This document shows positions 34,612-45,397 of a stretch of 64,000 nucleotides of DNA, piece after piece. The stretch spans positions 310,001-374,000 of the forward strand of contig OZ025700.1 of the NCBI GenBank assembly GCA_964019335.1. Direction: 5' to 3'. Both the position numbers and the translations under genes were made by a program. Under the pieces are notes generated by a model. The model was given only the letters and a program-made list of their open reading frames with translations, had not been told where the DNA came from and made no database searches. Origin of the DNA: Diplonema japonicum. Taxonomy: Eukaryota > Protista > Euglenozoa: Diplonemea. The first letter of the stretch is position 1, and each line of letters begins with the position of its first letter.

Positions 34612-34941
34612 TCAGTAGTAGTACGCCCTGGGGCTCACGACAGTGTCGTAGTAGCGCGGAGAGGCCAAGGCGTCGTAGTAGCGAGGGGAGGTCGCCGAGG
34701 TGTAGTAAGCATCACGGATGCGCCTCGCAGAGGCATCGGCCTCCACACGAGCTGTCGCTGCAGCCACATCAGCAGCCACACCGTAGGTGGTGCTGTAGGC
34801 AGAGCTGTAGTAAGGTGTGTAGGCCAAGGAAGTGGTGTAGGGGACGGTGGCACGTGCAACAGCAAGGTCGGCCTCAGCACGAGCAACAGCAACATCAACA
34901 GAGGTCACCCTCGGGGACACAGGTGCGACGTAGTAGACCAT
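34612..34941 (-). CDS. Tyr/Ala-rich SPR-YY small protein, copy 8
   Basis: Same ORF; 5' flank matches that of copy 5. Confidence 0.85.
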   Translation of the reverse strand: MVYYVAPVSPRVTSVDVAVARAEADLAVARATVPYTTSLAYTPYYSSAYSTTYGVAADVAAATARVEADASARRIRDAYYTSATSPRYYDALASPRYYDTVVSPRAYYY

Positions 34942-35569
34942 TTTATTTTTGGAGTGAAAAGGGAAGGGTGTGTGGAAAACTGTGAATAAATGTCTTCAAG
35001 TTGCAAAGGCTGAATCGACGACAGCTCTTTCTCCCAAGCACCGGGAATACCACCTGTTGGTCATGGAGACTGTGACCACGGCAGCTACTAAGGTGTGGTG
35101 GAGGATATGCAGCGATTTCTGAACTTCAATCAGGAGGCCCCTCCAACGATCCTCAACGAAGGTATTGCAATACACGCCTCAAGAGGTCTTTGTTTGTTAG
35201 ACAATGTGCCAAAGAGTTGAAAGCGAAATTAAAGCAAAAGAAAAAATAAAATAAAAATAAAAGTATAAGAAAAGCGGAAACATCCCCTCGGGTGGGCAGA
35301 GGGGTGAAGAGTCGGTACAAACAAACAAAGTTGCAACGAAAAGGAAGTCCTCCTAGCTAAAGGAGGGTCCCCCACCGTCGCTGTGTCATGTGGTGTGGGG
35401 GGAGGGAGTGAAACTGTTTTAAGGGTGCTACTTTGCACCTGTTTCTTTTCATCTTTTTTTTATTGTATCTTCTTTGGTTCGCATGTTTGGTTTAATACAA
35501 GAATAAACAACCACACCCTGTTATAAGGTGTTCAGGAAGTGGTTGTCTGTGAAACTATCCCCCTTGCCT

Positions 35570-35899
35570 TCAGTAGTAGTACGCCCTGGGGCTCACGACA
35601 GTGTCGTAGTAGCGCGGAGAGGCCAAGGCGTCGTAGTAACGAGGGGAGGTCGCCGAGGTGTAGTAAGCATCACGGATGCGCCTCGCAGAGGCATCGGCCT
35701 CCACACGAGCCGTCGCTGCAGCCACATCAGCAGCCACACTGTAGGTGGTGCTGTAGGCAGAGCTGTAGTAAGGTGTGTAGGCCAAGGAAGTGGTGTAGGG
35801 GACGGTGGCACGTGCAACAGCAAGGTCGGCCTCAGCACGAGCAACAGCAACATCAACAGAGGTCACCCTCGGGGACACAGGTGCGACGTAGTAGACCAT
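35570..35899 (-). CDS. Tyr/Ala-rich SPR-YY small protein, copy 9
   Basis: Protein identical to copy 4, 8041 nt away, with matching flanks. Confidence 0.85.
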   Translation of the reverse strand: MVYYVAPVSPRVTSVDVAVARAEADLAVARATVPYTTSLAYTPYYSSAYSTTYSVAADVAAATARVEADASARRIRDAYYTSATSPRYYDALASPRYYDTVVSPRAYYY

Positions 35900-36293
35900 T
35901 TTGTGTTTATAAGGTGTTTTAAGTGGAGTTGAAAGCTGTGGGTGTGCTGACATGAGAAGAACATGAAATAATAGAAATAAGTAAAAATTAAACTAAAAGC
36001 GGAAACACCCCTCGGGTGGGCAGAGGGGTGAAGAGTCGGTACAAACAAACAAAGTTGCAACGAAAAGGAAGTCCTCCTAGCTAAAGGAGGGCCCCCATCC
36101 GTCGCTATGTCATGTGGTGTGGGGGAGGGAGGCGAATTGTTTAAAGGGTGCCACGTTGCACTTGTTTCTTTTTTTTTTTTAAATATTTTTTTTTTTGTTT
36201 CTTCGCATGTTTGGTTTAATACAAGAATAAACAACCACACCCTGTTATAAGGTGTTCAGGAAGTGGTTGTCTGTGAAACTATCCCCCTTGCCT

Positions 36294-36623
36294 TCAGTAG
36301 TAGTACGCCCTGGGGCTCACGACAGTGTCGTAGTAGCGCGGAGAGGCCAAGGCGTCGTAGTAACGAGGGGAGGTCGCCGAGGTGTAGTAAGCATCACGGA
36401 TGCGCCTCGCAGAGGCATCGGCCTCCACACGAGCTGTCGCTGCAGCCACATCAGCAGCCACACTGTAGGTGGTGCTGTAGGCAGAGCTGTAGTAAGGTGT
36501 GTAGGCCAAGGAAGAGGTGTAGGGGACGGTGGCACGTGCAACAGCAAGGTCGGCCTCAGCACGAGCAACAGCAACATCAACAGAGGTCACCCTCGGGGAC
36601 ACAGGTGCGACGTAGTAGACCAT
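36294..36623 (-). CDS. Tyr/Ala-rich SPR-YY small protein, copy 10
   Basis: Same ORF, unique 5' flank. Confidence 0.85.
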   Translation of the reverse strand: MVYYVAPVSPRVTSVDVAVARAEADLAVARATVPYTSSLAYTPYYSSAYSTTYSVAADVAAATARVEADASARRIRDAYYTSATSPRYYDALASPRYYDTVVSPRAYYY

Positions 36624-37641
36624 TTTATTTTTTTGTGTTGAAGTGTGGAGTGGAAAAAACTGTAGGAAAGTTGCAAATATACGTGTGAATGGATGCTTCT
36701 AAAGGGCTCATCGAGAGGAGGCCACACAGAGGGCGACCCGTTTAAAGAAGATACGAAGGGGAAATATAAAGAGCTGAGGAAGAGAGAGAAAGAGAGAGAA
36801 TAAAAGGGTTCTTGGTTTGCACCCTACTTTTTCTTTTATATTTACTTTGTGTGAAAGTCGGAATGGCGAGCTAAGAGTTAAAGAGAAGAGAAAAAAAAAA
36901 AGAAATTCTGAACTGAAATCATCGTTGTAAAGAATTGCTTTTTTTGTTTTCTTAAAAAAAAATATTTTTCGTTTAGAAACAGATTTCAATGCAGCATGAA
37001 GAGAGAGAGAAAAAGGAGAAGAAAAAAGAAAAAGTAATGGAAACGAAAGCCAAATTGTGGGGATGGGAGGGGAAGGGTGAAAGTAGAAAAGAAGGAAGTG
37101 AGAAAGAAGAAATAAGGTAGAAGTGAAACAAGCCATGAAACAAGCGCACACAGGGGGACAAGATCAACCCTGAATCTTTTTTTTGCTACATTTCTTAGCC
37201 TGTGACCCCTTCCCTCATCTCCTTTTCTCTTTTCTTCCTCCCTTCAAAATTTCCCCCCTTCCACCTCCTTCCTTTTGAAAATTTGGTAAAGGGTTTCCTT
37301 TTTTTTTATGGTACCCTTACTCCTATCTTTTCCTTTTTTAGAAAAAAACACTCGTTTTCTTGTTTCTCCCCCCCCCCCCCCCCCCATTCCGCCATGCGAC
37401 CCACTCAATAACAAAACAAAAAAAAAACAAAAAAAAAATGTGTAAAAAGATAAGTTGAAAAAAAAAAGGGGGAAAAAAAAGTACACCTCACACGCTTATA
37501 TTATTTTTTTTTTTAAATTTTTAGTGCGAAAAAAAAAAGAAAGAAAGGGGGAAAAAAAAAAATTAAAAAACGATCAAGATGTGGTTTTCTTTTTAAAAAT
37601 CCGTTTCCTCGTTTTTTTTTTTTTTTTTTTTTTTTTTCCCT

Positions 37642-38904
37642 CTACTCAATCATCTGCTTTTTTGCCCCCCAGGCAGACTTCAAGTTGACAGCAAGCTTGT
37701 TCAAAAATTCGTCTGTGGAAAGGTACTCACTCCTGGTCGGTTCACCACCCTTAACGACGAGCGCAAGATCCTTGGTGTAACTGCCCGACTCAACAGTGTC
37801 AATAACGACCTTCTCAAGCGTCGATGCAAAATCCTGCAGAGGGCGGTTGTTGTCAAGCTTCCCACGGTGGTTCAGGCCTCGGCTCCACGCGAAGATCGAC
37901 GCAATAGGGTTGGTGGAAGTTTCTTTCCCCTTCTGGAAGGCCCTCCAGTGACGGGTCACAGTACCGTGAGCTGCCTCTGCAAGCCTAGTCTTCCCATCAG
38001 GAACAAAAAGTACAGACGTCATAAGCCCGAGCGAACCAAACCCTTGAGCAACACTGTCGCTCTGAACATCACCGTCATAGTTCTTGCAAGCCCACACATA
38101 TCCTCCTTCAGATTTCATAGCGTAGGCAACCATGTCGTCGATAAGCCTGTGCTCGTACCAAATGTTCTTGTCCTTGAACCTCTGGACGTATTCCTTTTCA
38201 TACACCTCTTGGAAAATGTCTTTGAAACGGCCGTCGTACTTCTTCAAGATGGTGTTCTTGGTGCTCAGGTAGCACGGGTAACCTCTGTCCAGAGAATAGT
38301 CGAAACAAGATTTCGCGAAATCCTTGATGGAAGCATCAGTGTTATACATTGAGAGTGCTGTGCCGCCTCCATTGAAGGTGTACACTGTTGTTGATTGGGG
38401 TGTACCATCTGCGGGTGTGAATGTCATGTCTAGTGTACCTGGGCCTTTGACGACCATGTCGGTGGCGCGGTATTGATCGCCGAAAGCGTGGCGGCCGATT
38501 ACGATGGGTTTTGTCCATGGGGTGACCAGGCGGGGGATGTTCTTGCAGATGATCGGTTCTCTGAAGACGGTTCCACCAAGGATGTTGCGGATGGTCCCGT
38601 TGGGGGACTTGTACATGGATTTGAGGTCGAATTCTCTGACTCTAGCCTCGTCGGGTGTGATGGTCGCACACTTTACACCGACGTTGTGTTGCTTGATGGC
38701 CTTCGCGGCTTCCACGGTGACCTGGTCGCCTGTGAGGTCTCTGTTCTGGATCGAGAGGTCGTAGTAAGCAATCTTCCCATCAATATCGACAAATGGCTTT
38801 ACAAGCTTGTCCTTGATACTCCTCCAGATAACCCGGGTCATCTCGTCACCATCCAGTTCAACGATTTTCCCTTGCACACCGATTTTCGCTGGGACCGCGG
38901 CCAT
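37642..38904 (-). CDS. IDH: NADP-dependent isocitrate dehydrogenase (eukaryotic IDH1/2 type)
   Basis: [77 protein letters not shown]; no obvious presequence. Confidence 0.97.
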   Translation of the reverse strand: MAAVPAKIGVQGKIVELDGDEMTRVIWRSIKDKLVKPFVDIDGKIAYYDLSIQNRDLTGDQVTVEAAKAIKQHNVGVKCATITPDEARVREFDLKSMYKSPNGTIRNILGGTVFREPIICKNIPRLVTPWTKPIVIGRHAFGDQYRATDMVVKGPGTLDMTFTPADGTPQSTTVYTFNGGGTALSMYNTDASIKDFAKSCFDYSLDRGYPCYLSTKNTILKKYDGRFKDIFQEVYEKEYVQRFKDKNIWYEHRLIDDMVAYAMKSEGGYVWACKNYDGDVQSDSVAQGFGSLGLMTSVLFVPDGKTRLAEAAHGTVTRHWRAFQKGKETSTNPIASIFAWSRGLNHRGKLDNNRPLQDFASTLEKVVIDTVESGSYTKDLALVVKGGEPTRSEYLSTDEFLNKLAVNLKSAWGAKKQMIE

Positions 38905-39060
38905 TTTTTTTTTTTTTTTTATAGACTGGGATTTTTTTTTTTTCTTCCCCCCGAGTGAAAAGTTGAGGGGGGAAATGAATTCGAAAAAAAAAAAATATGA
39001 TTTTTTTTTTTGAGGAATTTGATAAGAAAAAAAAAGAGAAAAAAAAAAAAGTTTCCCCGT

Positions 39061-39096
<36 letters not shown>

Positions 39097-39102
39097 CTTT
39101 TT

Positions 39103-39689
39103 TCACCACTCATCGTCATCCAATTTCTCTTTTAATTTTGCGTCCAAAGCTTCATCGTCCATGCTGTCTCCGAAGGCTTCTTTGAACTGTTCTGGGAATA
39201 ATCTTTTCTCGGTTTTGATTGCGCGAAGAACTCTTTTTTTAAGCTGAGTGGCGGTGTGCTGGAAGGGGTTGAGCTTCATGTCCCTGTGTAGAAAAAAAAA
39301 AAAGATTTTTTTTAAACCCTCTTCCAACCCACATACCATGACATGGCTTTGAAGTCCAGTCCATGTTTAGAAACCAAATTATCGACAAAAGCGTGTTCCA
39401 GCTCTGATATATGTTTTGGTCTGGTCGGGCCTTGCTCTTTAATTGGAGGAAGGGACGTTAATTTTCTCTCGGGGATATTTTTCAGCAGTCTTTTTTTCTC
39501 ATTCTCCGTCATCCCAGCCTTGCTTGCTATGCCCATTTTCCCGTATGACTGCTTAAGAGGCATGCTTGTGTCAAGCAAATTTGTCATGATATTTGTCACA
39601 CAACCTTTCGCTTTATGTTCTTTTTTGGTGGTTTTCCCCACGATTTTCACCACTCGGGTGCGAGCTGATTTCCTTCCACGAACACCCAT
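39103..39689 (-). CDS. NOP16: Nucleolar protein 16 (60S biogenesis), 2 exons, 177 aa
   Basis: LKQSYGKMGI; intron 39284-39336 (53 nt) joins LVSKHGLDFKAMSW to DMKLNPFQHTATQLKK, the Nop16 signature. Confidence 0.85.
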
Positions 39690-40049
39690 TTTGTTATCTC
39701 TTTTTTTTTTTCCTCTTTTCTATCCCCCTGTTATTATCAAAAAAGTTTTTTTTTTTTTTCTCGTCAAAATCAATTCAAAGAAAAAAAAAATCCTGTTACC
39801 ACGAACGGAGAAAAATAATACCAGCGCTCGGGGGGGGGGGGGGAGGGGGGGAAGAAAAAATATCGTTCATTAAAACCTATTTAGCTCCCCCCCCCCCCCC
39901 CCCCTCCCCTAAGCTAAACCTCTTGAAAGATTGGTCTCGACCCAAAAAGTAAGGCCGTATATAAAAAGGGATCTTCTTCTTTTTTTTTTTCAACACAAAC
40001 AAAAAAAAAAAAAAACTCCGGATCCCAGAATATTTTTTTTTTTTCAAAA

Positions 40050-40859
40050 TCATTTTTTTTCTTTGCCGTCCAAAGGGGGTTCTTCCCATTTGGGGCCGTC
40101 TTCCTCGTCCGCGGTGTACGCCTCCATGGCTTTCAGACTCTCGGGGAGGTTTGCCGCCTCACCAATAATGCAAAGTGTTTGCTGTTCATCAGGGGTCCCT
40201 TCCATCTTACCCTTAACAATATCAGACAGAGTTAGAACCTGTGTCGTCTCTGTCTCCCGAGCAGCATCTGACACAATTGCAACCTTTGTCGACGAAGGAG
40301 CACCGTTAGAGATAAGCTCAGGGACGAGAGATGAAAGGTATTTCCCGCACATGTAGGAGGCAATATTGCCTGAATTCTTCAGTGTTGCGATAATAGAAGG
40401 CACGGAAGGGCTCTGACCGCTAGTGATGAGAACTTGCTGCGAATTTTTTAAAGTCAATGGAACTTTTGCCGCTGCGGCAGCTGCAGACGCAGCTGTGACC
40501 CCCGGGATGATTTTATACGGGATTTTGTTCAAGGTCAGATGTTTCAATTGTTCGCCCATCCGGCCGAATATTGCCGGGTCTCCTGTTTGCAGCCTGACTA
40601 CTCTTTTGCCCATAGCGGCTTCTCTGGTCATGATGGCGTTGCACGCCATCTGCATCACCCTCCCCGGCTTCCCGAAACCCTTCCCCACGTTGACTATATC
40701 GGCGTCGTTTTTCAGCAGTGCGAGGACATCGCTCCCCACCATCCTGTCATGGAGGCACACGTCTGCTTCCTTTACCGCCTTCACCGCCGCCTGTGTCAGG
40801 TACTCCGCAGGCCCCGGTCCTGCTCCTACGATTGTTACGTGTCCTGGGAGGGCTGCCAT
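40050..40859 (-). CDS. cobA: Uroporphyrinogen-III C-methyltransferase (SUMT, siroheme branch)
   Basis: VTIVGAGPGPAEYLT, DVCLHDRMV, VVRLQTGDPAIFGRMGE, IIPGVTAASAA, PLT, ITSG. Confidence 0.88.
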   Translation of the reverse strand: MAALPGHVTIVGAGPGPAEYLTQAAVKAVKEADVCLHDRMVGSDVLALLKNDADIVNVGKGFGKPGRVMQMACNAIMTREAAMGKRVVRLQTGDPAIFGRMGEQLKHLTLNKIPYKIIPGVTAASAAAAAAKVPLTLKNSQQVLITSGQSPSVPSIIATLKNSGNIASYMCGKYLSSLVPELISNGAPSSTKVAIVSDAARETETTQVLTLSDIVKGKMEGTPDEQQTLCIIGEAANLPESLKAMEAYTADEEDGPKWEEPPLDGKEKK

Positions 40860-40997
40860 GTTGGATGGTTTTCTTCTTTTTTTTCTTTTTTTGCCCTCTC
40901 CTTTTTTTGGGGGGGGGGTTGTGTGTTAAAATTTTTTTGTATTTTTTTTCTTGCTTTTTTTTTTTTGGGTCCAAATAAAAACTCAAAAAAAAAGGTC

Positions 40998-41429
40998 CTA
41001 CTGGGAGTCCTCCTCAACACGGAGCTTGGCGGCACCGTTCACGACCTTGATGTCAAGCTCCTTGGCACGGTTCACGATGGCGGCGCGGGTCTTCTTACCA
41101 ACAGCGGATCCGATGACGGCGGCGTGGGTGGTGTTGCGCATCAGGAGAAGCTCCAAGTCCTGTGGAATGAGTTTTTATTTTTTATTTTAAACCCATCGAC
41201 ATACCTTCTCGCAGTTGATGTTGAAGTGCTTGAGCCCGTCAGGGTGCACGTTACGGGTGGACTTGGCGTTACCGTAACCGATGTTGGCCATCTTGATCTG
41301 ACCCCTCCACTTCCTCCTCACGACGGAGTCAATACCTTTAGGCCTCCTCCAGGACTCACCAACCCTGCAGTGCCTGTCAGAGTGGTGCCTCTTGAACTTG
41401 TTAACCTTCTTCTTGACAATGTGGACCAT
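40998..41429 (-). CDS. RPL32: 60S ribosomal protein L32, copy A, 2 exons, 128 aa
   Basis: [16 protein letters not shown]...[13 protein letters not shown]...NIGYG; intron 41160-41204; exon 2 DLELLLM...[14 protein letters not shown]. Confidence 0.95.
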
Positions 41430-41626
41430 TTTGTCTTACTTGAAACAACTAAACTGTGGGAGTGAAGGGGAGGGGGGTTGTCGGGGGGAGAAATTGCGAG
41501 AAAAACTCGACGTAAAAAAACAAAAAAAAAGAAGAAAGAAAAAAACACACAAAAAAAAAAAGCAGCAAAGATCCCCTCTTTCTCTGGGCTTTTTTTCTAC
41601 TCCTTTCTACACTAATGATAAAATTC

Positions 41627-42058
41627 TTACTGGGAGTCCTCCTCAACACGGAGCTTGGCGGCACCGTTCACGACCTTGATGTCAAGCTCCTTGGCACGGT
41701 TCACGATGGCGGCGCGGGTCTTCTTACCAACAGCGGACCCGATGACGGCGGCGTGGGTGGTGTTGCGCATCAGGAGAAGCTCCAAGTCCTGTGGAATGAG
41801 TTTTTATTTTTTATTTTAAACCCATCGACATACCTTCTCGCAGTTGATGTTGAAGTGCTTGAGCCCGTCAGGGTGCACGTTACGGGTGGACTTGGCGTTA
41901 CCGTAACCGATGTTGGCCATCTTGATCTGACCCCTCCACTTCCTCCTCACGACGGAGTCAATACCTTTAGGCCTCCTCCAGGACTCACCAACCCTGCAGT
42001 GCCTGTCAGAGTGGTGCCTCTTGAACTTGTTAACCTTCTTCTTGACAATGTGGACCAT
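41627..42058 (-). CDS. RPL32: 60S ribosomal protein L32, copy B, 2 exons
   Basis: Duplicate 629 nt from copy A; intron 41789-41833. Confidence 0.95.
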
Positions 42059-42184
42059 TTTGGTTATGGGTTTTTTTTTTTCTTTTCTAACCTTGACTGT
42101 GTATTTTTGATATATAAGGAGACGGACGGAAGAACATATAAAAAAAAAGAAACAAATCCATTCACCCCCCCCCCCCCCCCCCCC

Positions 42185-42335
42185 TCACGCTTTACCGCAA
42201 GCAGAGATCCAGAGGGGTTTGATTGGCCGTCCGTCCTTTTCTCCTGCGTATTTGGATATTTTCTCCAGGGTTTCAAGACCCTCAACTACCTTGCCGAAGA
42301 CAACATGTTTACCGTCAAGCTTGCTCTGTGGAGGG

Positions 42336-42379
<44 letters not shown>

Positions 42380-42976
42380 CCATACCAATGGTTCCTTCGC
42401 AAGAGAAATGTAGAACTGGCTGGAATTGGAGTCCTTGCCTCCGTTTGCCATGCCAACGTCCCCTAAGCCGCTGTGTTTAATCTTGAGACCTTCCTTTTCA
42501 TCTTTAAACTTGAGGCCGTAGATGCTTTCGCCTGCAGCGCCGGTTCCTTTAACGAAATCGCCCCCTTGAACAAGGGTGTCGGGGACAAGTCGGTGCAGCG
42601 GGCATTTGAGGTAGTGAAGGGGCTTGCCCGACTCCTTACCTTTGCCCTTCTCACCTGTGCAGAGGGCCTTGAAATTCGCCGATGTTTTGGGGCATTTTGC
42701 ATCGTTAAGCAGAATGGTTAGCCTGCCTAGCAGCGGGTCGGCAGGCTTGGAGGTCAGGGGCTTGTCCCCTGCTAGCTTCGACAACTCGGGGTCAGCCATA
42801 ATGATATCTGACAAGATCCCCTCGTCGTCAGGTCCCAGCTCGTCCGCATCGGCTGACGACAGGCCGTACTCCAAGCCTTTCTTCTCCACAAACTTTTTGA
42901 CCATTTTCCATTGTTCGGCCGTCGCCTTGTTTTCCTCTTCATCTCCCACAGTCACATCCAAGTACACGGTGGTCAT
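42185..42976 (-). CDS. Cyclophilin-type PPIase with N-terminal insertion, 2 exons, 243 aa
   Basis: CPKTSANFKALCTGEKG, LHRLV...QGGDF, GESIYG, MANGGKDSNSSQFYI, LDGKHVVFGKV. In-frame 60-nt poly-A intron 42326-42385. Confidence 0.93.
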
Positions 42977-43368
42977 TTTTCTTCCCTTTTCTTTAAATTT
43001 TCTTTGTCAAGAGAGAAAAGAAGAATGAGAAAAAACAAAAAAGAAAAGAAAACTAAAAAAAAAGTCAGATGTGTTTTTCTTTTATAGAGGTGTGCATTTT
43101 CTTTTTTTTTTTTAATTTTAGCCTCTCTCTCCTTCACCTCCCCCCTTTTTTTTTCCCCCCTCCCTCAAATTCAAATGGTGTGTATGAATGTAAAAAAAGA
43201 GGAAACCTGGCAGTTTTTTTTTTTTTTTTTTTTTTTTGTCACGTGCCCATGGGGAGGGTTGGGTTCCCCCCCCCCTTTTTTTTCTTCTCTGTCTGTCTGG
43301 ACAAAAGCGTGGCTTTGGAGGGAAAAAAAAAACAAAGAAACACTATTTCTTTTCTTCTTCTTTTTTTT

Positions 43369-44388
43369 TCAAGCAGAAGTCTCATAAATACGTCGCAGGT
43401 GGTCCAGCGTGCAGTGGACGTGAGTCACAGGATCGTCTTTCTTAGATTCTACGTGCTGATGGATGCAAGGGTAACAATACACAATGCCTGACGAGGCGTT
43501 AAGGGTAGGATTGGTTATGGAGTGGCTGCAGATAGGACAAACAGATGAATCAGGGTTTAACCCAGATAACTCCCGAGGAGCGGGCGGGGCAGGGATCCGC
43601 ATCGGTGCGGAGGCCCCAGCAGAACCCGAATCATCATTCGCCCTGCTGGTCTCGGACGAGTTCCACCATTCCAGTACGCGGAATCCTACAATAACCCACA
43701 GGATGAAATTGCTCGTTCGTTCTATGAACGAACCGGTCCCGTCCTTCTTCATCGCTTGGAAGTCCTTCATTTCCAACCGTCTCAGCAAGATCCTTCTGGA
43801 ATGCAAGCCCAACGACCACCAAGGGCTTTCAAATAAATACCGCAACCAATACATACACGTCACCATTTCCAAGACAAAATGAACCCATGGATACACCTTA
43901 ACAAATATTTTCGTCAGGTTCCGCCTTCTCTGCGTACCGGTGAACGTCGCACTTTCAGGATCCTCCTTGTACTGCCACATTAAATTGCTGAGTTTTGTTT
44001 TGATGTATGGTACTAGGACGCATAGCAGGAGGGAGATGATGTGGTCGCGTTTTGACAGTTTTGAATATGAAGCGAGGAGGCCTTCTTCAACGTCTTGGCG
44101 GATGGATGCGTCCAAAGGTGCCACCACACGTTTCACGCCGTAGAAGTATTCTGAAAAAGTGGAGTCGATCGCTGTTAGAAACTTGTAGTCCACCCACGCA
44201 CGGATAACGGCAAATATCTCGTCGCTATATTTTACAGCGGGCGCGAGCTGTATTACCCGTTGCGCTGTCACTGTCAACCCGTACTTAAACGCCCCTCCAA
44301 GGATCGGGGTGAGCTCTTCCTGCGCCCGCAGCTCAAAAAATGTAGGAAGAGGCGAATCGAGATTAAACTGCGACAGGAGTAAATCCAT
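43369..44388 (-). CDS. PEX12: Peroxin 12 (Pex2/Pex12 N-domain + degenerate RING)
   Basis: PTFFELRAQEEL, STFSEYFYGVKR, VPYIKTKL, FRVLEWW, CPIC...SGIVYCYPCI...PVT. Confidence 0.9.
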   Translation of the reverse strand: MDLLLSQFNLDSPLPTFFELRAQEELTPILGGAFKYGLTVTAQRVIQLAPAVKYSDEIFAVIRAWVDYKFLTAIDSTFSEYFYGVKRVVAPLDASIRQDVEEGLLASYSKLSKRDHIISLLLCVLVPYIKTKLSNLMWQYKEDPESATFTGTQRRRNLTKIFVKVYPWVHFVLEMVTCMYWLRYLFESPWWSLGLHSRRILLRRLEMKDFQAMKKDGTGSFIERTSNFILWVIVGFRVLEWWNSSETSRANDDSGSAGASAPMRIPAPPAPRELSGLNPDSSVCPICSHSITNPTLNASSGIVYCYPCIHQHVESKKDDPVTHVHCTLDHLRRIYETSA

Positions 44389-44478
44389 TTTTTCCTTTTT
44401 CCCCCCCCCCCCTTTCCCCACCACTACCACCCTTTGATTATAATTTGCGATTTTTCCAAAAAAAAAAAAAAAAAATTC

Positions 44479-45297
44479 TCACTCCTCAATGTCGTACGAG
44501 ACACGATACGCTGGAAACTGTGAAGTATCGATCGTACCACCCACGTCTCTAAACGTCAGGTTCAGCCTTCCGGATTGAAACGGGAAGCGGATGGAAGGCG
44601 GCTTTGTGTTGCTGTGGATGCACAGCACTGAGTGAACTATCATTCTCGACGGGCCTCCAAAAACCAACACATCCCCGCTGTTCAACCGAACTGTAATATG
44701 CTCCGTCTCCTCATATTTATTGCGAATGCCAAAGCTGCATGACTCGCCTATGGTGAATGACACAATCGGTTTCCCAATTCCCTTGGCAAGCAGGGCAGGG
44801 TCTTCACTGTCCTTATGCCATTTAAACGTGCCCTTCTGATTGTAATAGTTAATCAAGACAGTCGATGGGTCCATGGTTGGCAGACAGGGATCGGCCTTGA
44901 TGGCAAGGTTGAGGCACCGCATACATTCGTCTTTCAGCAGACTGGTGAAATCGTCGATCTGGTGGATGATACGGCCTCTGTTGCCTTGGTTTAGAATTAA
45001 CTTCTCGCCTGCCTCCTTCGGGGCCTCGTAGAAGCCAGAGGCTTCCGTTCCAACTGGTGCTGCGCCTGTTTCAAAGCATTCGTTTAACAGCTTTTGTTGT
45101 ATGTCTAGAGGGATCGCCTCCCGGAGGATCACGATGCCGTCCTGTATCCTCTCGATTTCCCCCTTGCGCGACTGAAAAGATATTTTCTCTTGCGACGCTG
45201 ATCCCATTGCACCGGGTGCTTGACCCATGCTAGATGCGGGTTTTGGAAGGGATGTTTGCTGCGGTTTTTTCTTCTTTTTTTGGCCAGATATTTGCAT
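44479..45297 (-). CDS. AlkB-family 2OG-Fe(II) dioxygenase
   Basis: LINYY, WHKDSE (HxD), PIVSFTIG, LNSGDVLVFGGPSR, distal H, RLNLTFR. Confidence 0.92.
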   Translation of the reverse strand: MQISGQKKKKKPQQTSLPKPASSMGQAPGAMGSASQEKISFQSRKGEIERIQDGIVILREAIPLDIQQKLLNECFETGAAPVGTEASGFYEAPKEAGEKLILNQGNRGRIIHQIDDFTSLLKDECMRCLNLAIKADPCLPTMDPSTVLINYYNQKGTFKWHKDSEDPALLAKGIGKPIVSFTIGESCSFGIRNKYEETEHITVRLNSGDVLVFGGPSRMIVHSVLCIHSNTKPPSIRFPFQSGRLNLTFRDVGGTIDTSQFPAYRVSYDIEE

Positions 45298-45397
45298 TTT
45301 TCTTTTTTAAATTCGCTCCCCCCCCCTTTTTTTATTTTTTTGCTTGGATTCGGTAAACAGGGAGGGGGTTTGGTTTTTCGAGTTTCTTCCCTCTCTT

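Noticed and set aside
22010-36623. Repeat-spacer pattern as CRISPR or integron-like array
   Set aside because: Repeats are 330-720 nt protein-coding units in a eukaryote; no cas or integrase genes.
13052-40859. cysK + cobA as a sulfur-assimilation cluster
   Set aside because: 26 kb apart with unrelated genes between; no evidence of functional clustering.
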